The notes beneath the pieces are model-generated. The model did no database searches. It was not told the DNA's origin and worked only from the letters and a program-made list of their open reading frames with translations. A stretch of 64,000 nucleotides of DNA from Vermamoeba vermiformis (Eukaryota). Both the position numbers and the translations under genes were made by a program. Location: assembly GCA_045837725.1 (NCBI GenBank), contig JBEWZL010000044.1:248001-312000 (forward strand). Reading direction: 5' to 3'. This document shows positions 37,106-55,626 of this stretch, one piece after another. Each line of letters begins with the position of its first letter. Position 1 is the first letter of the stretch.

Positions 37106-40100
37106 TTATTGATTGAGAATCGCGCCGCCGTTGACTGCAGGGTTATGCAAGTTGAGCAGTGCTTGAATTCGCTTCAAGTACGCTGTGTTTCGCAGAGCAG
37201 GCAAGTGCGGACGAATGCGTGCAGCCAATTGCACGTACTCTTTGGGAGCCTTGGTGGCCGATTCAGACAAGCAAGTTTGAACCACATAGTTGCCATAGGG
37301 ATCCTGAAGCAAGGCGACAAGAGGCTCAGGCATGCCATTGGCTGATTTGGCCAAGTGCGCGGGCATAACAGTGACGGAGACCAGCTCTTTGGCCATGTAT
37401 TGAACCGTGCGTGCATTACCAACCTTGAAGCACTTCTCGATGACATTGGAGCTGAACTTCTGTGTGGCCAAGTAGAACAGTTGGCCCAACAAGTTCATCA
37501 CTAGCTTCTCACAAATCTCTTCGAGGTTCAAGTCCAAAATGTATTGCACGACGTAGTTGCCAAAAGCGTCTTGTACCAGGCTCAGCGAGTTGCGCGAGAT
37601 TTCGTTCATCAACTGCAACTTTTGTTGCAAAGTCGCGTGATCGATGCAACGCTGCATGACACAGCAGCCGTGGCGATGAGTTGCAACTTGAACGCAGTGA
37701 CGAGCCACGGCGTCGTAGATGAATTGGTTGTCATTAGGCTCCATCTTCTGCAAGCTCTTTTGAATGACGTGGTTGCCGTTCAAATCTTGAATGAGCTCAA
37801 CGACGCTGCCCTTGAGTGATTCACGCACGACGCGCACTTCTTCGGGGCTGTCCAAGAGCTCGATCATCTTCTGTACAGCACGAGTGCCGTGCATGTTCTT
37901 AGAAATGGAGACCAAATCCTTTGACACGCCCTTGACAATGGCAATGCGTTGATCAGTTGTGCAGTGCTCGATCAACTTCTGACACAAGTAGTTTCCAAAA
38001 GGATCGCTCATCAAGTCCACAATGTGCTCGACAACTTCAGTAAAGATGATTTGTGTTGCTGCGGCATCATCTTCGTCCAATCGCTTTTGCAAGAATCTGC
38101 AACCGTGTTGATCTTTGCACATGCTGTAGATGTTGCCAATGCACTCCTTCAAAGTCATATTGGTGTAACGGCTCGGTGAAGTGATCGGTACACGAGGAGC
38201 AGGAGCAGGGCGCTGAATCTGTTGCTGTGCTGGTTGCTGTTGCTTTGAAGCAATGGAGCTTGGATCCGACACTTGATCCACGTGCAAGAAATTGCAACGC
38301 TCACCGCGGCTGCAAAATCCTTGAGTGTAGTAGCGGCAAACCTGAGTGGTGTTTGGTGGTGCTTGAGTAGGGATGATCTTCTGCATAGTACCGCCTGGTG
38401 TAGTCGGGATGACCATGTTGACCATGCCGGTGGGGCTCGTTGAAACGCCATTCAACTGCTGCATATTCAACACTGGCACTGGCATAGAGTTCGAAGCAGA
38501 TGGTGCGCCGGTGATAGAGATCTTTGACTGAGTTTGACCGACCAACGTGCTTTGAACGCGTTGAGTTTGGACGCCGCGAGGTGACACGCGACCGTTGACG
38601 CGGTTGAGTTGATCTTCCTCTGAGAAGATTGGCTCTTCTTCCTTCGGTGACACCAAAAAGCTCAGTTGATGAGTCTTGCCAGCCAACGACAACAAATCGT
38701 CTGTGGATGAAGACAAATTCGACTCAGAGTTGATGGCTACTTTGCCCAAGTTCTTATTGCGAACTGTTGCACGTAATTAGTACGAGAACGTCACGATGCA
38801 TCAATTAAACACTTACTCTTCGACAGGTCTTGATTGCTCTGCTTGTTGCCAGCAAGGGGAGTCCAGATCTGCTCTTGGTTCTTCTTCTTGATCTTAATGG
38901 GAATGGGCTTGGTTCCGTTGACTTGAAGCTTGTTGGCCGAGGCAGAGGTGGGCTGTGGTGCGGCTACTTGAGGAGGCACGAGCATTGAACCACGAGGCGA
39001 CACTGCCCCTGAAGGCAAGTGTTGTGCATTTCTTGGCATCAAACCAGGAGGAGCGTGCACTTGAGGAGCCATCATTTGCATTTGAGGCACTTGCATGTGA
39101 GGTGGCATTTGAGGAGTAGGACGCTTAGGACTCGTGGGCATGTGAGTCATCGGCGAGTATTGGAACACCATGCCCTGCGACATGTTGTGCGACGCGTTCG
39201 GATCGAAATAAACTCCTTGCTCTGGCACACCATTGGGCAGCGGGCTCGTGCTCATACCAGGCGGGCGTTGCATTGGTGGCATAGCCATAGGATTCGGCAT
39301 GGCGTGTTGTGGTGCGGGAATAAATGTATTGGCTGAGTTCAAGAACGAATTTCCACCGGGTTGAAGGATCGACGCAGATTGGGATTTAGGGATGTGAACA
39401 TTGCTGTTGAGCGCTGCCATTGAAGGTTGCTGTACTCCAAATTGGCCATTTTGATACTGGTGGTTCATTTGAAGTTCAGACTTCGACACGCGCAACTGTT
39501 CCATGGGGGAGATCTGGATCGTGTTAGATGGCGTTACGGGGACGTTAGAAAATTAGCTAATAACCTACCAATAGTAGAGGTGATTGTTCCATAGGTGGGG
39601 GTAGTGTAGAGTGGCCATTATCTTGTCTGTAGGTTTGATAAAAGCGCTCGTAGTTCTCATCGCATCTCACATCCGTTCCGAACAGCCGGTAGTACTCTAC
39701 AAGCGACGATTAGTTACTATAAATAACATCGAAGAGATTGGTATGATTTTAATAAGCATCATAGTGATACGACTCAAAATTTCGGAATAAATTGAGATCT
39801 GAGATGCAGATGAATTCACCCGTAATTGATTTTATGGCAAATTAAAGGATACCAAAAGATTAAACTGCATGAATTAAATGTTCCACGGGAAGGATTGAAT
39901 TAATAAGTTGTTGGGTACAGATGGCTGTCCCAAAACGTAAAAACTACCAGAAGATTCTTCTAAGCATAAATTACAAGTAATTTAACGAAGGATTAATTAT
40001 TTGTGGCATAGATAATATAAATATACTTAATTTTACGTTAATAAAACCATCGTAATTACCTGCTGGTTCGAATCCGTCTGTGTTGAAAGCGAAAAGAGAC

Positions 40101-40270
40101 TCGGAGGCTAACTCAAGCACTGGAGGTGCAGAAGTGGATCGCTCCAAGTCGTCTGGATTGAAATCAGACTGAAACACGGAGCCTGAGTTGTCCTCATCTT
40201 CATACTTGATTTGGCTACTCGAACTTTCTTTTGCGTTCCAAGGGTCACTTTCGAACATAGGCTTTGCCAT
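37106..40270 (-). CDS. Pumilio/PUF RNA-binding protein (Puf4/5-type) with a CCCH zinc finger
   Basis: 8 PUF repeats (DQHGCRFLQ ... DPYGNYVVQ); CRYYTQGFCSRGERCNFLH; N-terminal RSTSAPP. Confidence 0.95.
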
Positions 40271-40753
40271 TACAATGCCTAAATTTTTTATCAATAAAAG
40301 TAAGCGTAAAAATGAAATTACAGCTCCATCTAACACGAAGTTTAAATTAATTTTCTCTATTGACGATCAGAAATTTAGAAAAATAGGGAGAATATTACTA
40401 CACAGTATAGTCAATAATGATTACCTTTGTTTTCTTCTTAATGATACAAAAATATACTCTTAGTAATAATACAATATGCAAATAATTATTATTATTGGGT
40501 GTTCTACAGGGTTCTTCTTATTATACAAAACACATTAGCGACAGTAGATCGCAAAAAAATATAAACAATTCTCGTATGTACAAGGGTCTAATGTGTTTGT
40601 TAGGTGCGAGAATGAAAAGAGACAGGCTGACGAAGCAAAAAAAAGCACGCGGCCAGAAAAAACCAGGCAGCTGAAATTTCACCACCAGCAAAGTTTGGGA
40701 ACCCATCAGCGAAGCGGCGCGTTCTCTAGCATGTCGCGCATCGTTTTTAGAAA

Positions 40754-42591
40754 TTACTCCGAGCAAAGTCGTAGCTTTCGTTGAAGATCTGTCGGCAGAT
40801 CGGAAATGTTCCATCCAAACTGGTTTTTTTTGGATATGTTTTCCATAATATATACGGAGCAATGTTCTAGCAATGAGGATTTCATATAGAAGCTATAGAC
40901 CTTCACTCCATGCAATGTTGCTATTTTAAGGATTATCAGTTGTACTGCCAAGATTTGCCGTAGATTTTACGGACTTACCTACGTAGAGCTGAGTGCCGTC
41001 GAGCGAAAAGCAAAGTCCCGCAATGGGGTTGCCCTTTCCAACTAGCAGAATAGGGTTACTATTGTTTGAGACTAAATTTTGAATCTCCTTACTTGGTAAG
41101 ATCTGTTCCTTGAACGTACGAGTATCAACTATATGAACGTAATTTGATGCCTCGGCGAATACCAGTACTAAACATGATGAGATACAGCGTACACAGTTAC
41201 TTCTAACTTACTGTGTTTGAGTTTTGGAGCTGGATTGAACTTCACGTTTAGCACGCTGTTGTTCGCAAATCTGTGAGCTTCTATTTCTATTTTGTTGTGT
41301 TTTTTCAACAGATCTATCAAGTTGTGCATGACTTGGACTAGTTCTCGTGTTTCCACGTTCCAAATAAAGCAGCGGCCGTCAAGTGTTCCCATTGCAAAGA
41401 GGGGACCATCAGTTTGGCACGAGCCCATTGACGCCGTTATATTGGCCTCACCTATGCGATCATAGATCGATGAGTGGTTAATCTATATATATGGTGTCGA
41501 GTGCATACCATAGGACAATGCTGTTTGTTCAGCTTCGATTTCTCGCGTCTGTTCGTCAAACAAGTACACTGAGGGTCCGGATTGATTGTTCGTGGCACCA
41601 AACTATAGTACTTAATGAATAGAAAACAATGAAAAATGCGCGTATACGTACAATGTATAGCTTGTTATTGTATTTTCCTATGCAGCAGTGCGTAAATAAT
41701 TTGTTGCGTGCAAAAAATATCGGTTCAGCATGCGTGTCCGTCGGAGGGTTGTCGACAACTAAATATGATTAGAATTGAATTAATTAGACTATAAACTAGT
41801 ACTTAATAAGGAGGCCCCGGACCCTAATGAGGAGATAACTAATAAGTTCGATTCATTGCTTTCTAACTTGTGAAGACAAATGTGATGAACGGGTCTTTGG
41901 TCAGGTATTTGAACGGATCTGGAACAGTTATTAGAATGCCAATCGACCAGGTTTGTTCTCGAATACTTACTTCCCGTGTTCTGAAAGTAATATAGCGGTT
42001 CTGTAATTATTTATAGCGAGCACTCCGTGTGAGGAACTGACGCTAAGTACACCGTTCACGCTGTCCGCTTCAGCGACACTATGAAGCTGTTTTCAATTGG
42101 TTCAGTTGATTTCATCATAAATTCGCTATTTTACCTTGCCCGTTGCTAGATCTAATCGTCGTAACGTGGGTACGTCCCAAACTGACGCATCTGGATCAAA
42201 AAGTTCGCCATATTTCGCATACAGTTCTTCTGTAACATCAAGTGATGTAATATATAGACTATTTCCATCTAGATGACGGCAATTAATCACCCAGAAGATT
42301 GACCTCGATAGAGGGCCGTGTCAATTATTACCTTGACTGAGCTCGCATAGGGAACGTTGCTGTGATGCTTGAAATATCGCTCGTACATTATATTCTTTAC
42401 ATTTGACGTCCACTAAAACTAATTCTGATAAGAAAGCGATGTCAATAGCATCCAACTCTTGCTTCGTCTTCACAAGCTGGATCAAGCCTCTTGACTGTGC
42501 CACTACGAAATAACTGAATCAATTTTTGACGTAGAATTATTGTCAAGTTTGAAATTGACTACACACCAGATTTAGCCGGTATTTGATCCAT
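40754..42591 (-). CDS. WD40-like protein with C-terminal SOCS/BC-box
   Basis: FAMGTLDGRCFIWN, VLNVKFNP, IAGLCFSLDG; ends SLLEHCSVYIMENI...ISDLPTDLQRKL. Confidence 0.7.
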
Positions 42592-42782
42592 GCAATGTTA
42601 AGGCCAGCTTGGAAATTATTTTTAATAATTATTTTTATCTATCAAAATACTATCGCTTGTGGTTGTGGTTCATCTTGCTAGCTTAGTGGTTGATAAGAAA
42701 AAACAAAAGTCGACCGTTTTTTTTTTCTGCTCGTGCCAACTCGAGCACAAGATCATTGCGCATTTATTATTAATAGACAATC

Positions 42783-45700
42783 ATGGCATTACGTATATTG
42801 ATGGTGGCTGAGAAGCCTTCCATCAGTCAGTCGATCGCTGAAATTTTATCTAAAAATCAGGTAAATCATTCTCCATTGATACATTTATTTAATTAATATT
42901 TTATACATTCTCTAACAATATTGCTCTACTTAAATTGCCTTCTAAACGATTGTTGAAAAATTTGCCTGTATTTAAACGAAATCCGATAATGACGCTTAAA
43001 ATAAATTTAGATGCAATCAAGAAAGGGAATTCTGCCAGTACATGAATTTCAAGCGCAGTATAAGGGCAAGACTGCCAATTTTAGATGCACATCTGTTGCT
43101 GGTCATGTTTACACGTAAGTGCGCGATCAATCTCAGAATCCACGTACATATATTTATTTAATAATTTTAGGACTGATTTTGATGCTAAATATCGAAATTG
43201 GGAGACAACTGATCCAGGTAAGATCAGTTACTTGTCGCGAGGACTCCTAACTAACTGCGTAATATCTAGCCACACTATTTGACGCACCCGTTCTCAAAAT
43301 TGAGTCCAATCCAAAGGGCCATGTCTGCAAGCATTTACAGCTCGAGGCTCGTGGCACTGACGTGTTGATCCTGTGGATGGACTGCGATCGTGAAGGCGAG
43401 AACATTTGCTTTGAAGTGATCGAAAATACGAAGCACTGGATGAACCAAGGCGCTAAAATTTATCGTGCTCGGTTTTCAGGTACGTGTACTGATTCTAATA
43501 GCCTTAAAATATTATTTTAACTTTTTGGATGTAGCTATTACAGCACCCGACATTAACAAAGCCATGCAAAATTTGGGCGAGCCGAACAAAAATGAGGCCC
43601 GTTCCGTCGATGCGCGTCAAGAAATCGATTTGAAAGTCGGTGTGGCGTTCACTCGCTTTCAAACACGCTACTTCCAGTCCAAATACGGCAATCTCGATTC
43701 GAAAACAATATCATATGGACCGTGTCAAACACCAACTCTCGGCTTTTGCGTTGATAGGCACGATGAAATCGCTCAATTTGAGCCCGAGACGTATTGGCGA
43801 GTGGTTCCGATGGTCGAGAAAGGCCCAACTAAAATCCCACTCGAATGGGCTCGCGAACGTGTGTTCGATCATCAAGTCGCACATTTGTTTGCAGGACTCG
43901 TGAAACAAGACAACTTTGCTACGTAAGTTAACCTCAGCACTAACAAGTAGATCTGATCTAATACTTCACCAGCGTTACTGAGTGCACCAAGTCACGCACT
44001 AAAACAGCTCGACCCATTCCATTGAACACCGTGGCTCTGTTGAAAGTCGCATCAAATAACTTGGGCATTGGTCCTCATCAGGCAATGGTGATAGCAGAGC
44101 GATTGTAAGCGAGGCCGAATGTCTTTTAACGGTAATGTTAACAATATGACAGGTACATTCGTGGTTTTATTTCGTACCCGAGAACTGAGTCCACACAATA
44201 CCCCGAACATTACAACATTCGTGAAGCATTGTCGATCCAGCGCGATCATCCTATTTGGGGTGAATACGTCACGGGTCTGTTGGCCGAAGGAAAGGTCAAA
44301 TCGAAGAAGGGACACGACGCTGGTGATCACCCTCCAATGTAAGCATATTAAGATTTTTAAGCGGCATATCTAACGGGTCAACAGTACCCCAATGGCATGT
44401 GCTACTGAAGAGGACCTTGGAGGCAATGACTGGCGCTTGTACGACTACATCACGAGACACTTTATTGCTAGTCTTTCGAGCGATGCCAAGTACGACAAAA
44501 TTAAGATTAAGTTCAGCCTTGGAGGCGAGTTCTTTTCCTATTCTGGCAAAAGAATCATTTCCGAAGGCTTCACCTCGTTGATGCCCTGGTTGAAGAGCAA
44601 AGACGAGATCAAGATTGATATGCTCGAGAAAGGCGAGCAGTTGCCAGTGGCTGCTGTTGAAGTCAAAGAAGAGCAGACTAGTCCTCCACCATACTTGTCT
44701 GAAAGTGACTTGATCGCATTGGTATGCTGACACGTGTCTTTCCCGACGACCAATGCTAATTATTCTATTAATAGATGGAGAAGCACGGTATTGGTACTGA
44801 CGCAAGTATTGCAACGCATATTGAGAACATTATTCAAAGAAACTACGTCAGAGTACGTAACGCGAGTCAGATTTTGCCGCATAATTCTAATGTCCTTAAT
44901 AGCTTGACGAGCGGTCGAGAACTCTTCAACCAACTCACCTTGGCGTTGCTTTGATCCACGGATACCGTAAGATTGTTAAAGTATTGGCCTGACTTCAGCG
45001 TCTAACTTCAAACTCCTCTACAGACAAAATTGATCCGGAACTTGTGCTGCCTAAGTAGGTTTTATTTTACCGTTACAGTGATATTTCGCGCTAACCCTCG
45101 CCCTTGCAGAGTTCGTGCTGCCATTGAACAGTACATCAGCTACATTGCACAGGGCAAACAGACCTTCGAAGCTGTCGTTGCACACACGTTAAAAGTGTTC
45201 ATTTCCAAGTTTGATTTCTTCGTTAGAAACGTAAGTAGTGGTGCATAATAGTACGAGACACATATTAGTTAATACACCGCATTAGATCCAACAAATGGAC
45301 GAACTATTTGAGGTGTCGTTCACTACGATTAAGGACATGGATCTGAACTCTAAAGTCAAGCCGAAGTGTGGCAAGTGCAAGAGATACATGAAATTCATCT
45401 ATTTGAAGTAAGTGCACGAGCTCAATCGGCTCTTCGTTGACTCACCACTCACGTGCTACTTTAGGCCACAGCGAATTTACTGCCCGAACTGCGAAGAGAC
45501 CTACAGCGTGCCACAAGGTGGTACTATTAAGGTATATTATATATATGTATTGTATTGTTCGGTTTATATACTAACGATGGTTTTTACAGTTGTACAAAGA
45601 GTTGTTGTGTCCGCTCGATGATTTTGAACTGCTCACTTTTGACGCACCAAATGGCCAGGCCTATTCATTCTGCCCGTTCTGCTTTAACAACCCAACGTTA

Positions 45701-46436
45701 GAGGGCATGGAGAAGGGTGAGTTAATTATATTTACTTTCTTCGAAGTGGGATCTGACAAACTACGTAGGTCTCGGATGTAACCGCTGCACGCATCCAACT
45801 TGCATTCACGGCATGACTATGAACACCATTTCAGACTGCCCCGCATGTGATATTGGTATAATAGTATAATTATATTACTAGACCAATGTCTTACAATCTT
45901 GTTTAGGTAAAATGGTGCTTAATCCACATCCGAAGCCAACATGGCGAGTTGATTGCAATTTGTGCAAGTTCTCATTCAAATTGTCATCTCAAATCACTAG
46001 TAAGTATATTAGCATATATTAACCATGCTTCAGTGATTTACAATCGTGTTTAGGATTGTCCGTGTCGACTAAAGAATGTGAGGAGTGTGGCGATAAGAAA
46101 CTCGAGGTACTATAAGCATTGCTATATATTGATAGTAGCCGACACTAACATACTGTGTATAGATTGGATTCCCTTCAGACAAGTCACCACTTGAAGGAGG
46201 CAAGCCTGAGATCACTGCGTGCCTCAATTGCCATGATCTGATTGCTAGCATGGTCACGCAAGACACTGGGTAAGCTTCTAATATACGCTTAATAATATAT
46301 TACCACGATATATCTCGACATGTTGTTGGTGGAGGCAAAACTAACAAGCTACATCTGCAGAACTCGCGTGTTCCGTGGTCGCGGCCGTGGAGGACGAAGA
46401 GGTCGTGGCCGAGGTCGCAAGAGACGTGGAAAATAA
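42783..46436 (+). CDS. TOP3B: DNA/RNA topoisomerase III beta
   Basis: MVAEKPS, WMDCDREGENICFEV, SYGPCQTPTLGFCV, GFISYPRTE, GDHPP, GIGTDASI, Cys4 zinc fingers, RGG tail. Confidence 0.95.
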
Positions 46437-46751
46437 TAAGCGTAATCAAGTCCTCTACATAATAAACTGATTCAAGGGATCCTCATTCGGCTAACCAATA
46501 CGCTTAAGTTTTTGATGCTTTCTTTCTCCAATGAAATATGCAATCGTTTCAATATTCACAGATGTTAGCTAATAGCATAATTATTCGCTGCTAAAAATAT
46601 CCGACCTTCGAAATTTCGATCCAGTTAAGCGAAAAAGAAACCGTTTCTCGGCCGAAAGCCAGTTCAGCTTACAAAAAAACAAATATAAAAGGCAACGAGT
46701 CCTGTTTATTATTCATTCAGATACAAAGCAGTAGAGCAACAAAAGAACTAA

Positions 46752-47560
<809 letters not shown>

Positions 47561-47662
47561 ATTAATACAATACACTAAGCGAAATAACTCTCCTTGTATC
47601 ATAGCAATTTTTGAATTAAAAACCGTGTATAATAGCCGATACAATAGTCATTTATTCGATTA

Positions 47663-50600
47663 TCATGATTCAATTTGAAGTATCTTAGTAGTAAAATTGA
47701 TATTGCTCTCGAAGTTGAGTCGTGCTCCGCGGCGAAACAAAAACAAGTCAACATTCGTGGGCATTCCTATGAGCTATAATGAATTCATTAGTACCAATAA
47801 AATACGATCCATAATGATACGTACCTTCCCGTACACGCTCAGATCCAACATTTCCAAATTAGGCAATATTGATGTCAAGTGTGCAAAGTTAGCCTCGTTA
47901 GCTTCTGGAACGAGGTTCGTTCTTATAAATCCATTTGAAGCAGTTTAGCGGCCATATTGACATTGATAACATTCGGAGGAAAGCTCACTGTGGCGCCACC
48001 AAGACACCCAACGAGCGTTAAATTCGTTATCGGATTGCTGCGAGGCAAAAGCTCAGCGAACACCACTCTACTCTCAGTTGCAGTGTTGATCGTCAAACTC
48101 CACACATTGAGACCGAGCTTGAGGTCAGGAATGGTCTCGTGAACAACGACGCGTCTCAAATTGGTCCAATTATAGAAGCGCTTGAAAGCTGCAGAAAAGA
48201 CGCGCGTTAATATAATTAGCATATCTCCTCGTTAGTGATTATGATACTTACTGTTAACAGTGATAGCCCATGGTGCCTTTAAGACCTTCATATTAGGATA
48301 GTTGCTAATAATTATCTCCATGCCCGCGTCAGTGACTTTAGTCATAAGAATGTTCAAGTACGTCAACGTTTGTTTCGAGGCGTGGTTGGTGACTTCAAAA
48401 GCTTTGTCACTAATCGAAGGAGGCAGTTTGAGCTTTTGCAACTTCTTGCACACCGTCAAGATCGTGCTTACGGAGTTGTCCGAGAGCTAATGAGGTGATT
48501 AGCGTCGTATAATACGTTTCAGTAACAATGAGAGTGACGTACTTTTTCAAACATGAACAGATCCAACACTTCCAAATTAGGCAATATCGGTGCTAAGTGC
48601 GTGATGGCGGCGTCATCGATGGCACGATCTTTATCTCCGAGAGTCAGCTGCTTCAAGCTCTTGCACTGTCCGATCGATTTCATGCCTGCACTTAATCAGA
48701 ACCAACTTCAATGCCGATGTGGCACGTACCTTCAGCGGTTACTGCAGCTTGTTTCACGCGCAACACTTCCAACTTTGGACAGTGTAACAAGGCCTGACAA
48801 CACTCGTCGTTGAACATAGAATATCGCATGCTCACGAACTCGAGGTCTGGACTGTTCTTTACAATTGTGGTAATTATGGCTGGTGCACACTGGGAACTTC
48901 TCATGATGAATTGCTTGAGCTTCAACGGCGCATTGATCACAACCTTTTGTTGATCTAGTCTGTTTTGGGACAAATCCTGTTGAACTAGTTAAGCGCAGTT
49001 CATTAGCCTGTTGTTCTTACCAAGCGAGTGAGATTTTTCAGGGCCAAGACAGGTTCCAGAGGTTCGATAAGGGATGTAATAGTTAAATCTTCTATTTGCG
49101 GCATTGCTGACACAAATTGGTTGGTGAAATCGTCTTTGACTGAGAGGTTGTTGACGCGCAATTTCTTCAAATTCTTGCGCTCTTTCAACCACGCGAGAGA
49201 TTTTGCATCAATCTCGCCGGTGTTAAAAGTGTTGGCGAATGTTTTCGTTGAGCACTGTTAATAATAATTATTTAAAATGAGCCTTCTAATAGCTAAAGAA
49301 ACTTACCTCGAAGGATTCAAGATCCGGGTGAGTGACCGTCGGCAGAAGTTCAGTGGCATTATTAACTTCAAGTATGACCTCTTTCAGTTCTGGATGTGTT
49401 TTCATGAACTGTTTGTACTGTGACAACTCAACTGCGCCATTATAGGTATCAGGAAGCACAATTTTTTCTAATTTTAGGTTCGTCTGATCGAGACTGCTCA
49501 TTATAGTGGGTGTTATTAAGCTCCGCGAAAAGTTAAGTGCCTTCAAGTTTGGGAGTTTCGCTAATGTGTTAGCAAACATTTCTGACCAAAATCCCCTTGT
49601 AGATTGCAAGTCTAACTCCTCGATGTCCTTGAACAGATCCTCCGACAACACTGATCGTTTCTTCAGTACGTCTTTGTTCTTCATGAACGAGATGGCAATG
49701 AAGTATGGATTAAAGATGTCGTACAGGTACGTCGTCATGGCTGGAGTGTATGGTACTCTCGATGGACTGACGTAGATGTAGACCAACAGTGTGCCCAAGT
49801 CTTGCAAGAAGTACTTCAAGCTGAGTTTGTAGTCCTCTTCTGAAGTCTCCAAGAGCTTCCATATTTGGTTCGTAATGTTGCTTAGCCGTGCCAAGTTAGT
49901 GAGTGTCGCATCGATTGGCTGCGTGACGAGTGCGCGGCAGGTGTATCTGAAGGTTAGAAAGATGTTGCCGTGGTTGGCCAGAGATGTGTCCAGCAACATC
50001 GTCAATGCCTCCTTATGCACCTTCGTCGTCTCTTCACTTTTGAGTTTGCATTCGGCCTTATCGATCAAGTAGATTGGCAGTGCAAATCGTCCCAAGTCAC
50101 TTTGTTTGATGACTGGTGTTATGCTTTCAATGTCCGTCTCTTCAACAAATGTCGGTTGATTGAAGACCAGTTGAAATGAGAAGCTCTTCCAGAACGATTC
50201 TTTCAGCTGCACTCCAAAGTCTCGAAGCAGCTTTGTGAACACTTTCTGCTCGTCGATCAAGTCGCGCAACCGAACACTCTCATCTAGGTCTTCATCTTGC
50301 TTTGTGATGTAAAAGAAGCTGTCTCGAACTGTGCGGAACAATTCATTGTGCCAGTACGCAGTTGAGTCTTCTGAGGTGCCAAGAAGGAGATTGAAATAGC
50401 TTGCAATCAGTTTCAAGAATGGTTCGTTGTTGTGCACTCCAAATCTTTCGATCGATCTGCGCATCAACGAGCGAAGGACTGATTTGGCAGCACGAGTCAC
50501 AATCTCTGACATGACAACTCGACGCCAAGGTGAGAACTGAGGGAGATGTTGCCACAACAAGCCCATGTGACGGAAGTTGATGCCTCGCGAGTGCAAGTAG

Positions 50601-52465
50601 GTCTGTAGCTCAGTTCCTACGCGAGGAGGTTAGGTGTATTCGTTCAATAGTAGCTTGCTAATGTTACTGTATTACCTGCAACGGACAACTGAAGCAGTTC
50701 TTGGGCAACTGCAGGCACGAATTGATTGACGTAGAACTCGAACGCCTCTCTGATGTCTGCGTTGTGTTCTTTACCCATCGGATCCGAGTTCGCAAAACCA
50801 CTGAATGCATCAGAGCTCAATGGTCTTTTGTATGCTGTGACAAACTCTTCACGGAGAAGTCGATACAAGAATGATCCTTTCACTCTTCACACGACATGTT
50901 AGTTTGTGTGCTTGTCGATACATCAGATTACGTACGAAGGGGGCTCAGGAGGCCACAGTCTCGCAACATCGACCAAGTAGTACAAACCATCAGTGCCTTT
51001 GTGAACCTCTACAGAATGTCAATCGTTAGCACGAGCACGAATTGTTGTTTGAGTAACATTACCCAAGTCAGCCGGCGTTCTGATCACTTTGTCTTTGCAC
51101 ACCGTATGAGCTTGCAAGTTGAGCGAGGCACCCAACTCGTTCATGTCGTTGTTCACCACTGGATCTGATGAGTTGAATGTTCTGCCTCCGTCGTTTGAGC
51201 CGTAGATTAATGTTGATCCTTTGATCGGCAACAGACTGATGGCAATGATGCGAAAACCTTTGTAGTCGATGACCCCTACCATTGGCACCTGTCATCAAAT
51301 ATCAGTGTCTATTTTTAGTAACGAATCTGAATCGATATCGGTTTATTAATTTTGCTATTGAATTTGAAATCGATGATGATTACTAATGAATACTTACGAA
51401 ATAGTCCGGTTTCAATCGTTTGAATAGAGCCACGATGCACTTCATTTCGTGCCCAGCACTTTTCATTGCGTTAACATCACCTGCGATAGATCGTTCATAA
51501 GATACTTGCGTTGCATTTATATTGATCGATGAGCTTACCTCCATACAGTCCATGACTGTCCAAAGCGAATTTGAACAAGATTCCTTCTTGAAAATACTTC
51601 AACCCTCCTGCAATACCCTTTTGAAATTTGATTATTATTGTTGTTGATGTCGTAAAGAAAGGCTTACTCCCATGTTGGCTGGTTTGATCGTCTTTTTCTC
51701 GTTTGGTAAAAACTTCTCGTCGATAATGATCTTCGCGTAGAGTTTGGCTGAAAAAGTAGTTATTACACTCATTTAGAAGCTGTTTAGCAATAAGGTAATC
51801 ATACCTGTTTGAAGGAAGTCTCTTTCAAGCGCAGCTAACTTGAGAATTGTGCGAGACACGAATGGATAAGCTTCTTTTCGACGTAGCTCTTTCGAAACAC
51901 TAACAAAGCGTAATGTCCAATCAAGTTTCTCATCGCTAGTCAGAATTGACGGCAAGACAATTCGATCTGCCTCCTCTGTCAAAAGATCAGAATTTGAAAT
52001 CAGTAGAGGAATCAAGCTAATAATATTATAATTTGAGACTACAACCATTTTTAAACTGTATTTTCATATCCGCCTCAGCTAAGAGCCAAGCAGAAAGTAC
52101 TTTTCAATTAAGTAAACTGCATCCAAAAAAAGATTTTCTAGTCGTGTATTACTGTCAATATAGATTTATAAGGCTGTACTTTACCTATTTCAGTTCGTTT
52201 TGACAAGTTGGTGTCCGGCTGCGGTACAGGGTTGTCATAAGGTTGCTCATCTGAGCTGTCGTTTTCTGATTGAATAATTAATTAATGAAATCCCTTATTA
52301 TGTATCTACCGTTAATTAAATACCCTCACTACTGTCGCGGTAAGAATAATTTTTGGTATTCGTTGCGTGATCCAAGTAGTGGCCTTGAAGTTCATTGGCA
52401 GGCACGCCATCATCGTCTCCATTGACGGGCGTAGAACTGTAAGCACCGGCATGTAACAGATCCAT
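47663..52465 (-). CDS. Clu-domain protein with C-terminal leucine-rich repeats
   Basis: AMKSAGHE, IDYKGFR, LIYGSNDGG, EEFVTAYKRPLSSDAFSGF, HSRGINFRHMG, EIVTRAAK; LRRs downstream. Confidence 0.85.
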
Positions 52466-52580
52466 TTGTGTTCATGAAAGCGTTGAAAAATATTTAATTT
52501 GCTTTTATTATTCTGTTGCCAAGCTACCAGAACAACAAGACATTTATTATAGTTATCTATAATATTGAGTAATTGTTTTC

Positions 52581-55626
<3,046 letters not shown>

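Noticed and set aside
39850-39960. possible stop-containing cassette exon in PUF intron 1
   Set aside because: Weak AAG acceptor, and skipping gives a clean frame; unsupported without RNA-seq
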